A DNA stretch of 62,240 bases, filler included, from Sphacelaria rigidula (Eukaryota): NCBI GenBank assembly GCA_964200075.2. It is 11 parts of 11 records of this genome, joined end to end, with 100 filler letters (N's around TTAATTAATTAA, not from the genome) between each part and the next. Parts side by side here need not be neighbours in the genome. Positions count along the whole stretch, not along the records: positions 22,672 to 28,238 come from CAXNAA020026266.1; positions 28,339 to 33,905 come from CAXNAA020026267.1; positions 34,006 to 39,572 come from CAXNAA020026268.1; 8 more parts are not named here. One strand, written 5' to 3'. Position numbers and translations under genes: made by a program. Each line of letters opens with the position of its first letter. The stretch's first letter is position 1. This document shows positions 24,218 through 36,883 of the stretch, one piece after another. The notes beneath the pieces are model-generated. The model was not told the DNA's origin and searched no databases. It saw only the letters and a program-made list of their open reading frames with translations.

Positions 24218-25042
24218 GTGAGTTTCGGATTTTGTTCGCTGTGTTACTTTTGTTTTGTCCCCTCTCTCCCCTCTCGCTTCTCTTAATGTACGTGTTTTTC
24301 ATCAGTACCAGTATGTCCACTGTTTTCAATTTTCTGTGTTCGCTTTTCTGGTTGATTTGTATCTCGGTGTGTGTGCGTGTTGCTTTTGTTCATGACTTCG
24401 ATTTTAGTTTTTGTGTAGTTTATTGTTCACGGTGATGGACAGGAGAGTTTGCACCACTTCGTTTAACCAAATCCATGGTTGAAATATACATGATTGAGTA
24501 AAGATATTGATATCCGGGTCTTTAGTTAGACTGACAGTCCCGAGTGCTCCTAGCGTACGCAAAACGCGTTTGTGCGAAATCGACGGATTTAATGTCTGCC
24601 AACTTCCAATGTCCTCGGTGTTCGTGGCGCTGGGGTTAAGGATAGGGTTAGCGTTATCCCATAAGTGTGCCAAACCATGGAGTTGGTTCAATACACTGGA
24701 GTACACCCAACTGATGATCTGGGGAGCAGATTGATTAATTAATTATCTTCGTTCATGTTCTCGCCCACACACGCACGCACACATACATGTATATCCCATA
24801 CTCTGGACAATGAATGTCGTCGGCAAAAAGTTTACTGTGTACGGTATTGATTCCATTCTCTATTGTAGTACATATTACAGCAGGCTTTGGATGGGATGTT
24901 TTTTGTACGCAATGCACTCCCAGATATATGTGAATAGTTATCACGATAGACAAACGATCTGATACCGTAGAGAGTACACTTTTCCCAAAGTAATCTGTGT
25001 CCAGAACGTGATGCAGTATCTTCATTTCACGTGTAATATGTT

Positions 25043-25480
25043 CGCACCCTGGACGATATAGGGTGATGGGTTGCAGTACGCAAACATATACTGCGTGAAG
25101 TACATAGGCTTATTGCAACTGTTCACACGTCGGACAGTTCATGAGCTGCCTGGATATTACTTCTTATTAGAGTACTGATACGCATGATGAGCTAGCTCAT
25201 TTGGCCACTATTTCTGTAGTAGGTCCCGACAGCGATGGACGCCGAGCACGCCGTGTAGAGGGAAGGTAATGCTTTGACTTCTCGGACACTGCTGTCGCCT
25301 GTTTAGCGTTTTTGTGCAATGTGCGTGAGAGTTCTCTTCGATTATTGATTTCAGGTAGCTCATGAGCTGTCCGATGTACGTAACTGTTGTCGGGCGACGG
25401 TAGTTACAATAGGCCTATATAATTTCCGCAGTATATTTCTCGTCTGTTGCAACTATTGACCATATTTTGTCTAGGGTGTG
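25043..25480. mobile_element. hAT-like MITE (family of 19152-19321) carrying a nested 257-bp element at 25124-25380
   Basis: Outer TIRs CGCACCCTGGAC/GTCTAGGGTGTG. Inner TIRs ..CGGACAG(T/C)TCATGAGCT.. with 8-bp TSD CAACTGTT/TAACTGTT. Confidence 0.75.
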
Positions 25481-25684
25481 GGAATATTATGTTCATTCAC
25501 CGCCCGAGCCAGCACTGAACCTTTCCTTTGTCTCTCTTATGGGTCAAGGTGAGAGAACATTCGATATGCTGCTTTTGCTAAGAATGGGTGGCATTGGGAT
25601 GGATTGTTTTCCGTCACCACCTTATGTGTGTGTGTTCCGCTGTTCTTGCTGGGTGTGCTTGTTTGGTGCTCCGCGCGTGGGCAG

Positions 25685-25776
25685 GTCCTGGACGAGAGCC
25701 ACACGATGTCGCAATCAAGCCAGACCACCAGCTGTGTTCACAAACTCGTCTCCAATCGTCGGTGGTGCATGACCGG
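25685..25776 (+). CDS. Exon of an SNF2-family ATPase, motifs II-III (VLDESHTMSQSSQTTSCVHKLVSNRRWCMTG)
   Basis: GCAG acceptor and GG|GTACGT donor; DExH box and RWCxTG(TP) motif III. Confidence 0.9.
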
Positions 25777-26106
25777 GTACGTATGTAGCCAGTAGAGTCT
25801 GTCCCACAGCGGCTACGATATTTCCATGGTTGGTACGACTTGAATCGAGAGTCAACACCGAGATTCGGGTCTTAATTGGGGCTGACATTCCCGAGTGCTT
25901 CCCCCTAGCTTGAGGTGTGTTCACCACTTGGTCGGTGAAGAAATTTATCGTAAATATATATATATATATTTCAAATATCGCTGAGCCCAACCCCAACCCC
26001 AACCTAAGGCATCCCTAGAACCCTCGGGCGAGTGGAATGCGAAGCGCTCCCTAGGCAAAGGGTGGCGTTGGCAGACCTCAAAATGGCGCCGCAGGCGCCG
26101 ATTTTG

Positions 26107-26244
26107 CACACCCTGGACAAAAGATTCCATTGTAAAAAAATGTACTCGGTACAGTATGTAACATATTGTCTGCTGCAATGGGCGCAATAGTCGATACTGT
26201 ACGCAGTACATTTTCTGACTGTGTATTCTTTTGTCCAGAGTATG
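26107..26244. mobile_element. 138-bp hAT-like MITE with perfect 8-bp TSD CGATTTTG, inside a larger foldback (about 26066-26440)
   Basis: CGATTTTG|CACACCCTGGACAAAAGA...TCTTTTGTCCAGAGTATG|CGATTTTG. Confidence 0.88.
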
Positions 26245-29200
26245 CGATTTTGACGAAAACACGCTCTGCGCACGCGAGGGGCCGTTGGGGCTGTCAGCCC
26301 CGCTAAAGATCCAAATATCGGTGTTCACACTGAAATTAAGTGATAAAATCGACCAAGTGATAAACACTGCTGCCTAACTTTCGCACAACGCGTTTTTGTC
26401 GAAATCGGCGCCGCAGATGCCAATTTGAGGTCTGCCAACGTATGGTCCACCGGGGAACCCTTTGCACCCCCTTCCCCCCTCCCCTCCTCCGTCTCTAAAG
26501 GGATGCGTGGTCAATGGTCACACGACTAAGGCAAGCAACAGATGAGAAGCCCCCCTCCCCTCCTCCCTTTGCCCGGGGGACCTCTGGATATCTTGGGTTT
26601 TGGTTGGTTACAGTCAAGGCCCGCGTTGTATTCGACAATGGGTCAACCATGGGTAAATTGTAGGCGAAGTGGGACGAACCCAGCTCTATTTGACACCCCC
26701 ACGTTCCACCGGTTCGTAACTCTTCAGTGAATGATAAACATGTTGACACGTAGATACAGGCATCATCTACGTTCAAGCAGCGCGTTATGCGTTCATGTAG
26801 GACGACAGTCATGAGCACATGTGGTGGAACATGAGATCCCACTTTACGTTTTCAACGGAACTTGACATTCCTCGGTTCACGTGGCGCAATCTGACTAAGA
26901 GTTCCTAGAAGTGCAGTAAATTTCTCGGGGTTTTTGTATTTTTTCGAGAAAAGAAAAAAATTACACCAACTTCCCCGAATGAAGAAGTTGAGGGAAACCC
27001 ACGCTACGTCCTCGAAAATTTTTTGCGTCAGTTTTGAAGTGATGATTGCCTGACCTGGTGGAGAAAAATGCTCTCATATTTCCGGGGAAGATCGTTCTTT
27101 GCTCGAAAAAATCGTAGATGTCGGCAAAAGTATAAGAGCTACGCCCGTTACTAATACCCCAAACAAGAGACTTCCGACATCCATTTTGTTTTTTCACCCG
27201 AAGAAATCATGACGCTGGGAAAACGTGAAATGGTTTTCCCACCGTGTCCAATCGATGCCAACTGAGTGGCGTGCTGGGACGAAATATAGTAGTTTTCACT
27301 TTCTGCATGAAAACGATTATTCCTATTTCCATTCATATCTTTGACGAGACTGATTCAAGACTTATCTTTGGCCCTCGCCTTGCTCTGTGGGTTCGTTTCG
27401 TTTCGTTTTTTTTTCTTCTTTTTTTTTTCTCCCCCATGATTGTCAGTCTCGCAGCTTACTGGTTTTTTTTTTTTTAATATTTTTTCCTTTTCTCGAGGTT
27501 CCTTTCGGCTCCACCCCGTCTTGGCGAACAAAATGATGAGAATGATATCGTGAAAACGGGATGATCATGACAAACAGCCCACGGGTGGCAACTTCGTAAT
27601 GTTCCCTTTCGCCATATCATGGGATCGTCTGGCCGTGTTTTACCACGTGCAGTGCGGTCGAGAATATGCGGTGGGAAAGGAATATTTCGATCTGATGGGT
27701 CGAGATTTCAACTATCGTCAATTGTGTTGAAATCACGACCTCTCAGAATTTAACTTTTGTTTTCCACTGCATTTGTTTCTCATGGAATAATGATGTGCTA
27801 AGACACACCCTCAGTATTTGAGGAACTTAATTCCGATGATAAGGGAGGAGCAATGCGATGATAACGCGAAAGGGAACGCAACATGTTTGCAGCGTGTGGG
27901 CGGTATCTCATGATCACTTTCATTTTCGGGAGAAGGAGTCATGTGCGGCAATCAACCGATCGATACATGGATCAGGTAGGTAGACTTGGAGAACCAAGTG
28001 TTTTTGCGAAGCTTTACAATGCACGCTCGAGACATATTCACAGTCGGAACAGCTCAGCTTCAAAAGTTATATGAATTTCCGAACATGTTTCAAGTGTTTG
28101 GTTTCTGTCACGTAGTGTGTCGCGAAGCGCTGTAGTCATTTTCCAGTGGGTACATACTTCCTCTGTCCCATAAGTAAAGTCCGTTATGGGCTTTAATCGT
28201 TTGTGCATTCAAACTCTTCCAATCATCCCATAGTTGGGNNNNNNNNNNNNNNNNNNNNNNNNNNNNNNNNNNNNNNNNNNNNTTAATTAATTAANNNNNN
28301 NNNNNNNNNNNNNNNNNNNNNNNNNNNNNNNNNNNNNNACCAGCTTTCGCGCGTTTGACAGCCGGATGGGAAAGGATGCCTATCAATACGAATGCAGAAA
28401 GCGTTTATTGCACGATATGTATCCGCGCAATGGTAAGTTGACACTGTGTGTTCCCAATGCCAGTACAACGAGTACTGTAGAACTGACTGTATGATGCGAG
28501 CCACGCCTCGGCAGGGCTAGAATACTCGCGATCCATTCGTGCAAAAAAACAAATTGCAACTCGCACTCTGTTCTATTATGGAACCAAGTGAAAACTCTGC
28601 ACAAGGGTGATCACCGGCCCGCCAGAGAAAGGTAAATATCTTCACGTGGGAGCACACTACGGGTGAATATCTGATTGATTTTGATAAAAAAAACTACAGC
28701 AACTGCCCCTGTCATTTTCAGACCGTCGTGGTAACGCCCAAGCTAGGTCTGGCACTGTGAGGGACGAGATTTTTCCCCCTGCCCGAGCAGGTCCACGGTG
28801 ATCCTTGACAGAAGACACTCATCTCCTTGGCTGCGTTGTGGGGCCACGTCTTGCTCGGCACGGCGTGTAAAATTCAGGGGCATCTGCCTCAAACAGATGG
28901 AGAACCTAAACTAGCGGTTGTTTCCGGCCTTGGTGCCAGCCTCGACCAACAGGGGGGCAATGTAAACAACAAGGATGGCAAGATCTACTCCTGTCTCCGC
29001 GCCGATTTCATACCGCTACTCTCTAAAACTGTCATCAGAAGGTCTCCTTGTTTTCAGAATCACTGCAGCATCGTGGATAATCATCCTTTCAAGCCACGCA
29101 GCGCACAAAACGCCCCGGTTCACCGAAACTGCTGCGTCAACACCTACCTGCGGCTTCAGTCCACGCATATGTCAAGTTTCAGTATAATCAGACGCCCTAT

Positions 29201-29897
29201 GTACTGTGTTGGGAAGCCTAATCTCCAAAAATACCGCCTCCACAATATTGAAAAGGAATAACACTGATATTGGCTCCTCGATTGAGCACGTGACAACAGG
29301 CGCAAATAGACTTTCCTCCACATCATTACAGATTCCTGCAGGCTGGTCCCACTAGAGGCAAAAACAAGTGCTACCCTGTCCAGGATCTCCTCACAGTTTA
29401 TAGCACCGACAAGTTTATTGCCCAAACGTTGTAGTCTACAAAGAACCATAAACTACTCACGGGTCGCCACTGGGGTGCCTGTAAGGTCAGATTCGGACGT
29501 TACAAACATTGTGCAAAGTCTGTAAGGTCCGAATTTGATATTACAGGCACCCCAGTGGCCACCCGTGCTGTTGTTGCCCCAACAAGGGCGTAGAGACAGC
29601 GGAGGAGTGGGCAGTTGCAACGAGAGATCTTGAACGGATGACAAAGCCCGTTCCAATCGCAGAAACGACGTACAAGCTACTATTGACCGATGTCGAATCA
29701 ATTGCAGAATTTTCTTCGTCATACTGCCCCTCACGCCAAAACTCGACTATAAATGCCTGTCGCTCCCATTCACCACACCACGGCTAGACCATGCGAATAT
29801 ACTACCAAACTCTTCAAGGTAAACTGGCGCTGAGCTACAGATCAGCGTGCAGCGAGCACGTCATCATAACGCTGACTCGCGTTCGTGCTGAAGACAC

Positions 29898-32101
29898 TCA
29901 CGCTAGGGCGGGCAACGGAGCCAAAACGGACACGTTCATGTTGACGCCTTCCCCCATTCTATCGAATACCACTGAAGATGCATCCACTGCAGCCTCTTCT
30001 GCCGGGAGGCGTTCACGAACCATCGATGGCACCCTGCAAATCCGCTTCTTCATTCTTCCATCACAACTATCGCTGGAGTTACAGCCAATCTTGCTGTTCC
30101 CACCCTCATCAGAGTCGGCGACCGTACCAACCCTCTTTCGCAAGCTCTGCCTGGGACGCTGAAGGGAGGCAGACTCCTCCAATTTCACCTTCATGTGTAG
30201 CCTCGCCTTCTGCGGTCCTCCTTTGGCATCCTCGGCGGGTTGCGAGGGCGAGCTCCCCACCACTTCGGAACTGACGAGTAAAAGAGGGGTGAACCCGACA
30301 TCATCCACATCGCCAGGGTGACTAATGGAATGATCGGGTTGTTCGTCCTGGGTGGAAACTTCATCGAAGATGTCTCCCTGATGCCCACGTTTGGTTGCTT
30401 GAGATTCGGAAGTCATTGTGTGATTTACAGCATGTTGGCATACGTTCCACTGTTCAAAGTCATGAGCGCTGTACACACACCGATTCTGGTCGGCCTTGTT
30501 GCCGGACTTGTTGTTCATCCCCGCCCTGCCGTGCTTGTCGCATGACTCCGCCTTCCGGCCTGCCGCTACACCATACGATGGTTGTATGCAGCAACCCTCG
30601 ATGCCACACTTTTTGCTCCTTAAGTCGACCATTCCAGGCCCGGCGTAGTTGGCACAGCAATCCGCCTCCTTGCTTCCAGCTACACCATCAGATGGTTGTT
30701 TGGAGAAGCCCTTGTTGCCACACATCTTGCTCCTTACATTAACCATCCCTGCCCTGACGTGGTCGGCACAGAACTCCGCCTTCCTGCTTCCCACCACACC
30801 ATAGGATGCTTGTTTGGAGGAGCCCTTGTTGCCACACGCCTTTTTCCTTACATTAACCATCCCCACCCTCGCGTGGTCGGCACAGAACTCCGCCTTCCTG
30901 CTTCCCACCACACCATAGGATGCTTGTTTGGAGCAGCCCTCGTTGCCGCACGCCTTTTTCCTTACATTAACCATCCCTTCCCTCGCGTGGCGCGCACAGA
31001 AATCCGCGTTCCGGCTTCCAGCTACACCATAGGATGGTTGTTTGGAGCAGCCCTCGTTGCCACACTTTTTGCTCCTCACATCGATCATTCCAGACCCAGC
31101 GTGAACAACGCAGAACTCTGCCTTCCGGCTTCCCGCTACACCATACGATGGGTTTTGAAGCAGCCCTCGGTGCCACACTTTTTGCTCGTTGCATTGACCA
31201 TTCCGGGCCCGGCGTGGTCGGCACAGAACTCCGGCTTCCGGCTTCCCGCTACACCATACGATGATTGTTTGGAGCAGCCCTCGTTGCCACACTTCTTGCT
31301 CCTTACATCGACCATCTCCACCCTCGCGTGCTTGGAACAGAACTTCACCAACCGACTTCCCCCTACACCTTACGATGGGTGTTTGGAGCAGCCCTCGTGG
31401 CCGCACTTCGTGCTCGCTACATTGACCATCCCCACCCTCGCGTGCTTGGAACAGAATTTCGCCAACCGACTCCCCGCTACACCATACGATGGGTGTTTGC
31501 GGCAGCCCTCGTCGCCATACTTACTGCTCTCTATATTGACCATTCTAGGCCCCGCGTGAACAGCACAGAACTCCGCATTCCTGCTTCCCGATACACCATA
31601 CGATGGGCGTTTGGAGCAGCCCTCGGTGCCACACGTCTTCTCCCATATGCTAACCATCCCCACCCTTGCGTGGTCGGCACAAAACTCCGCCTTCCGGCTT
31701 CCCGATAAACCATACGATGGGCGTTTGAAGCAGCCCCCGGTGCCACACTTTCTGCTCCTCACATTAATCATTCCAGGCCCGGCGTGATCGGCACAGAACT
31801 CCGGCTTCCGGCTTCCGGTTGAACCATACGATGGGTGTTTTGAGCAGCCCTCGTTGCCACACGTTTTTCCTTACATTAATCATCCCCACCCTCGCGTGGT
31901 GGGCACAGAACTCCGCCTGCCGGCTGCCCGCTACACCATACGATGGTTGTTTGGAGCAGCCCTCCGTGCCACACTTCCTACTCCTCACATCGATCACTCC
32001 AGGCCCGGCGTGGAGAGCACAGAACTCCGCCTTCCTGCTTCCCGGTACATCATACGATGGCCTTTTGGAGCAGCCCTCGTTGCCACACGTCTGCTCCTCT
32101 C
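29898..32101 (-). pseudogene. EsV-1-7 cysteine-rich repeat protein gene, 14 tandem 38-aa (114-bp) repeats plus ~200-aa low-complexity C-terminus; disrupted
   Basis: Consensus KKCGNEGCSKQPSYGVAGSRKAEFCADHARVGMVNVRS (C-x4-C-x16-C-x2-H) matches the EsV-1-7 repeat. Frameshifts near 31862 and 31153, in-frame TAA at 31370-31372, stop at 29898-29900. Confidence 0.88.
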
Positions 32102-33845
32102 CGGCGAATGGCCAAACAAGAGGGACCGGTTGTCCCTCTTGACGCTGCTTCGTAATATCAAAGGGTTCGAACACGGGGTCGAATCCCGTCGAAAGTGTCA
32201 GAAGCGACATACAGTTTTGAAGGAAAATGGTGAGCATGGACCGTTCATATCTTGCTTGGACCCCCACGATTTGATCAAAATAGGTAGGGCTTTGCTTTGT
32301 CAAATGTTTTATTTGCAAAACATGAAGTGCTGCTGATAATTTCCGTGGTGAAAAGCTTGCAAAACCTTACTTATTTCCTCCACGGGATCGCGCAGCCCAT
32401 GAAAAACAGCTACACAAAGAGGAGCCAAAAATCAGCAGTATGCGTGGATGACATCGATCGGGGGAAAATACTACGTGCTTCCTATAACTCATGAGTGTTA
32501 GAAGATATCGAGCCTCCATAAGTGAGTCGTACCTCGCCCCCTGTTGCCGCCAGGTGTGCTGTGCATAAAGCTTGACAAAGGCTTGCGTTCATGTGTATTT
32601 CAAAACCTCCTTGACTCACCTTCAACCATATGCGTGTATGAAGTTTCATGACTGAGGGTTCTAACTTCCTCGTCATGAGTATCGTTATGCAAAATTCTGC
32701 ACTAGAGTGTGCTGGGGCGATTGTGATGCGTATAGACACAACCGGCCGAGGACTCCAGGCCTCGAAAAGGTAGTCAGTTTCCTCGGTGAAAGATGACTAC
32801 AAACGGCGAGTTTCCGCACAGCCCGTTGACATGCATGCAACAAACGAGTACGGGGAAAACTCCAACAAGCAGGGAGGACTATACTACAGAAAATGGGCAG
32901 GGAACCGCCGGCTGTGACCTCTCCATGAACAAATCGGGAAACGTACGAAACATGTACAAAATCCGATGTTTTGTTTGCCCAATATTGACCCATCCCACAT
33001 GCGATAGGTCAAAAAGACCCCATAACGAAGGTAATGCAATTGATAAATACTGCCTGTGAGGAAAAATGCAGCAAACACCAACACTTCCGCCCCTTCATGC
33101 GAGAAGCAAACGCCAGTACCTTGCTAAAGGTTGGACCTACTATGCACACGTGGACTTGATGCAACCAGGAGGAGACACGAGATGACTGCCTAACAAAGAT
33201 ACTTCAAAACGTAGCGAAATAGAAGTACTCAAGTGAACTCGTTGAAAGAGAAGCACATATCGTTGTCTAATGGCTGCGAACGTATCATTTTGTGGAAATG
33301 TTGCGAAGTCGCGGTATTGCGTGAGTGAAGTCCACGCTTCAAGATATAATTTCGTTTTTGTTGCAGACAACGAAAAGCTCGGGTCGCCTCAACATCGGTA
33401 CATGACAATCTCGATGAATTCCGGAAACAGTTCGTAACGAACGCATGGTCACATCATCCATGTTATACAAGAAACCGACTCTCGAAGAAGCCATGATGGA
33501 CCGCGCTATTTACTCGACATTCCTCCGTAGTATCATCGAGAGTCGATGTCGATCACGCAAATGAGTGTAGCTCAATATGTGCAGAGGGATACACGAGGTG
33601 CACCGCCCCCGTGTGTGTGACGACTACGCAAATGATAAACTTCGCGATGTTGAGACACCCCAGCTATTTGGTTGTAGTGAACTTGGATCGTTTTGTATCG
33701 ACTGGACCTGGGGTGCTGGAGCAAAAAAACACGCGTCAGGAGCACACAAAATCAAGTAGAGTCAGCACCGGAATATTGGACGCATAAACCTCAGAGTAAC
33801 AGTGCTTTCGGCAAACGAGAAGATCAACACATTATAACACCTTAG

Positions 33846-33905
33846 GAGTCATCCTACGATAGGGGGGGGGGGAATTGGTTGCACGAAAAACGAGGCTCAT
33901 AAGTG
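33846..33905. mobile_element. Terminus of GAG-ended MITE (GAGTCATCCTACGATAGGGGG) at contig end; also 39558-39572 and 51007-51071
   Basis: Matches the TIRs of the complete copy at 58267-58515. Confidence 0.8.
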
Positions 33906-34327
33906 NNNNNNNNNNNNNNNNNNNNNNNNNNNNNNNNNNNNNNNNNNNNTTAATTAATTAANNNNNNNNNNNNNNNNNNNNNNNNNNNNNNNNNNNNNNN
34001 NNNNNCCTTCGAAATCAACCCCCGCATAAGCGCTGCTGGGGCCCGCCTCGGGGATTTATATAGTCCCCATAACCTTTTTTTAGGTAGCCCCCCCCCCCCC
34101 CCCAAAGTGCCTGGTTTGGGGGTAGAAAATCTTCACGTGAATCGAAATGGATAAATCCGAGTACAACGAGCAGCTGGGATTTCCCACGCTTGGATTCGTT
34201 CTCGCCAAGGTCGCCCATATGAGGCGCTTCATGCAGCCTGAACACAAACACCAATCAGGCGCTCTATGGTCATTTTTTTCATGACACTTTTGGGCTGCTT
34301 TTGGGGGGGGCTATCGTAGAACGTGTC

Positions 34328-34900
34328 CCATCTATACGATGAATCGAAGTTCGACTACTCAAAAGCGGACGTGGTGGAAGCACTAATGCACGGATGTGCT
34401 ACACGGATGCTGCGTTCCGAGGACTTTGATAGTCTGCGCATTTCCCACCACAAGCTTCGCTGCGAGTGGTTGGATTCCGCAGGAAAGGCCGAACTGTTCA
34501 CAAGACTCCTTCGTATAGAGCCGTGCTTGAGGTGGCCAACTACGAACGTATCGATACGACAATCCGTAAACGTCAACTCTGGTTCGCGGGAGGCCTCGCC
34601 AGGCAAGAAGAAACACGTTTTCCAAAACACCGCACAAAGGCCCAAGGAGGCTGGCCACCCCGTCAAATACTGGGGAGACGACCTCCAGGAGAACCCACGT
34701 ACCCTAGAGGCCCTTCCACACGAAGTAGCACAATGGAAATTGTTTATCCATCGTGTAGAGGTCAACGACGCCTAAGACCGGGTCACTGTGGTGAAGGACA
34801 TAGGCAAATGGCATCTTGGAGTAGAGACAGGGAACGAAGAGTCCGAGAACGCGTGGTGATGCGAATACAGACGCGGCTAAAAACGACAAGCTGCTGCGTC
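34328..34900 (+). mobile_element. Degenerate non-LTR retrotransposon (RTE-like LINE) fragment, region C-terminal to RT
   Basis: Frameshifted LKADVVEALMHGCAT(W)..LR..DFDSLRISHHKL / VVGFRRKGR...SYRAVLE...ERIDTTIRKRQLWFAG.LARQ, typical of the RTE post-RT region (L.YG.ETW ... R.LRW.GH..R). Confidence 0.75.
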
Positions 34901-35689
34901 GAGAGCCGCCAATCGGAGAGCTGCCACCGCAAACACAACAACACTAACAGCTCGCGAGGAATTCAGGATGGAAATGACCGAAAGAATGGCTCGCCTTGCA
35001 CCCGACTAGCGATGAATCGGGTAAGATGGGTTAACACGGAAACTGATGTACTCCTGTCCTTCCCTATCGGCTGTTGATGCTGTCCAAATTTTCTCCTTGG
35101 CCGGTGGTCTCCTGGTGTGCCCAGTTTTGTATGTTTTTACCTGATTTACTGTGCGGGGTGCTTGGGTATCATCACTCCTTTAGTCTTCTTCTTCTAGCTG
35201 TTTTTATCTCTTATTCTCCTTACCTATCTCGGTGCATGCAGGTCGCAGTTCGGTGCCTCGCTTCCGCAGGCTTTATGGGAGATAATTCATACCCGGCATA
35301 GTGTGGCTGAAGTAGATGAGCCGCGATCTGTCTCCACGGCCTTTTGTTCTTTTCTCTCGATCAAGTACGAGTGCGTGTGCTGTTGCACAGGACCGTTGTA
35401 CTTCATTTTGTGTTCGTTCTGCCCTAGTTTTGTTAATGTCTTTTGTTCAGTCTTCTCTTGATATATATTCCACATCTCTGTTTTCTTCTCTCTACCCCAG
35501 TGAGTGCTTCCGTTTTGTTTGATTTCGGGTACGCCTATCATGTGACCACGGCTGAATCCATACGGGATCAGTTGATGTGCGACAATACACATGTTTTTCT
35601 TAGTCTACTCTGTTGCTCTGTTCTACCTTCCTGTTTTCTTATTTTCCTTCTGTGGGTGTTTCAACTCTGTTTTGTCTCGGACACATCCA

Positions 35690-35782
35690 TCATGTGACCA
35701 CCACTGGATCCCTGGGGGGTCAGTTAAACGGCGGCAATCAATCAATGGATCAAATGAATCAATCAATCGATAATCAATCAAA
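35690..35782 (+). repeat. Retroposon-like 3' end with (CAAT)n tail; related ends near 35535-35590, 55730-55812 and 59972-60050 (reverse)
   Basis: Shared GACCACGGCTGGATCC..GGGGGTCAGTT.A.GTGCGACAATCAATCAAT motif. Confidence 0.7.
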
Positions 35783-35800
35783 ATTATTCATGTGTTATTA

Positions 35801-36367
35801 GACCGTTTCATGTATTAAGCTGTTTCTTATAGCTCGTATTTTTTGGGGTCGAATTGTCCACCTGTGGGGCATTGGACACGGTTTTTGACCGGATGAACAG
35901 AGAATATCGCCATGACACGTCTTGGACAGTTTGCATCGCCCCACCGAGAGGAGTTCAGCCCACTTTTTCGATTCGCTTGGGTCCGAGGTTTCAAGAATGG
36001 CCTATGGATACCATCCCGGCTCGAAACCAAATACGGTGTCTGTGGGTATTTCAAACATTACGGCTCGAAACCAAATACGGTTTCTGCGGGTATTTTGAAA
36101 TACCTGTAGACACCGTATTCGGTTTCGAGCCGTGATGGTATCCATAGGCCATTCTTGAAACCTCGGACCCAAGCGAATAAAAAAAGTGGGCTAGACTCCT
36201 CTCGGTGGGGCGATGCAAAGTGTCCGAGGAGTGTGATGATGACAATATTCTCTGATTTGCGGCCAAAAATCGCGTCAAATATCCCAAGAGCCTTGCAAGA
36301 GCGGAAAATACGACCCCAAATAAATACGAGCCATAGGAAACGGTCTTATTGTGTTGGAAAATGGTCC
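35801..36367. mobile_element. Foldback/palindromic element with ~240-bp arms
   Basis: Arms are reverse-complementary (GCTTGGGTCCGAGGTTTCAAGAATGGCCTATGGATACCATC versus GATGGTATCCATAGGCCATTCTTGAAACCTCGGACCCAAGC); central ~43-bp direct duplication. Confidence 0.85.
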
Positions 36368-36883
36368 GAGTAGCACTACTTTACTAATGTGCCTCGAATG
36401 CTGTCGTCCGCTGAAGGACCAAAATAAGTTGGACGACGACGTGGCGCCATGTTTTTGTCTTCTTCCGGCGCAGGTTTCCCTCACAAATACCAACGACGTT
36501 CTGTGGGATACACACAACAGATAAACGACACTTTTCCAAAGCCACTTCTCGACGCTAATTTTCCAAGTCCAGCGAAGCAACAACAATCGACCTGCATCGA
36601 ACCTTAACATACATCTCGGAACAATTTTAAGGTATGTAGCCACGTTTGTCTTGATGGTCCTGCTGCCTGTACGCCGGACTTTTACAGGGGTGTCACAGGT
36701 AAATGCACATGGCTACTACATATGGGTTATGGGTTCGCTTGTGGCTAAGTGTACTGATACTGTGCAGTGCAGTACGGTACAATACTCGTATTATGCTGTG
36801 CGGTGCTCGTCAGTTGGACTTGTATCGACATTATTCTATCATCTTTCTCCAGTGTTGGGTTCAAAATGTCGCACGCATCGTAC

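Noticed and set aside
29898..31406. 502-aa ORF as an intact gene
   Set aside because: Its first ~85 codons are out of the repeat frame; it enters the true frame only after the frameshift near 31153.
30696..32336. Long plus-strand ORFs (30696-31559, 31265-31708, 31854-32336)
   Set aside because: They are antisense shadows of the periodic EsV-1-7 repeat.
28339..33905. Integrated phaeovirus provirus
   Set aside because: No capsid, polymerase or other NCLDV core gene is recognisable, and EsV-1-7 repeats are also a host gene family.
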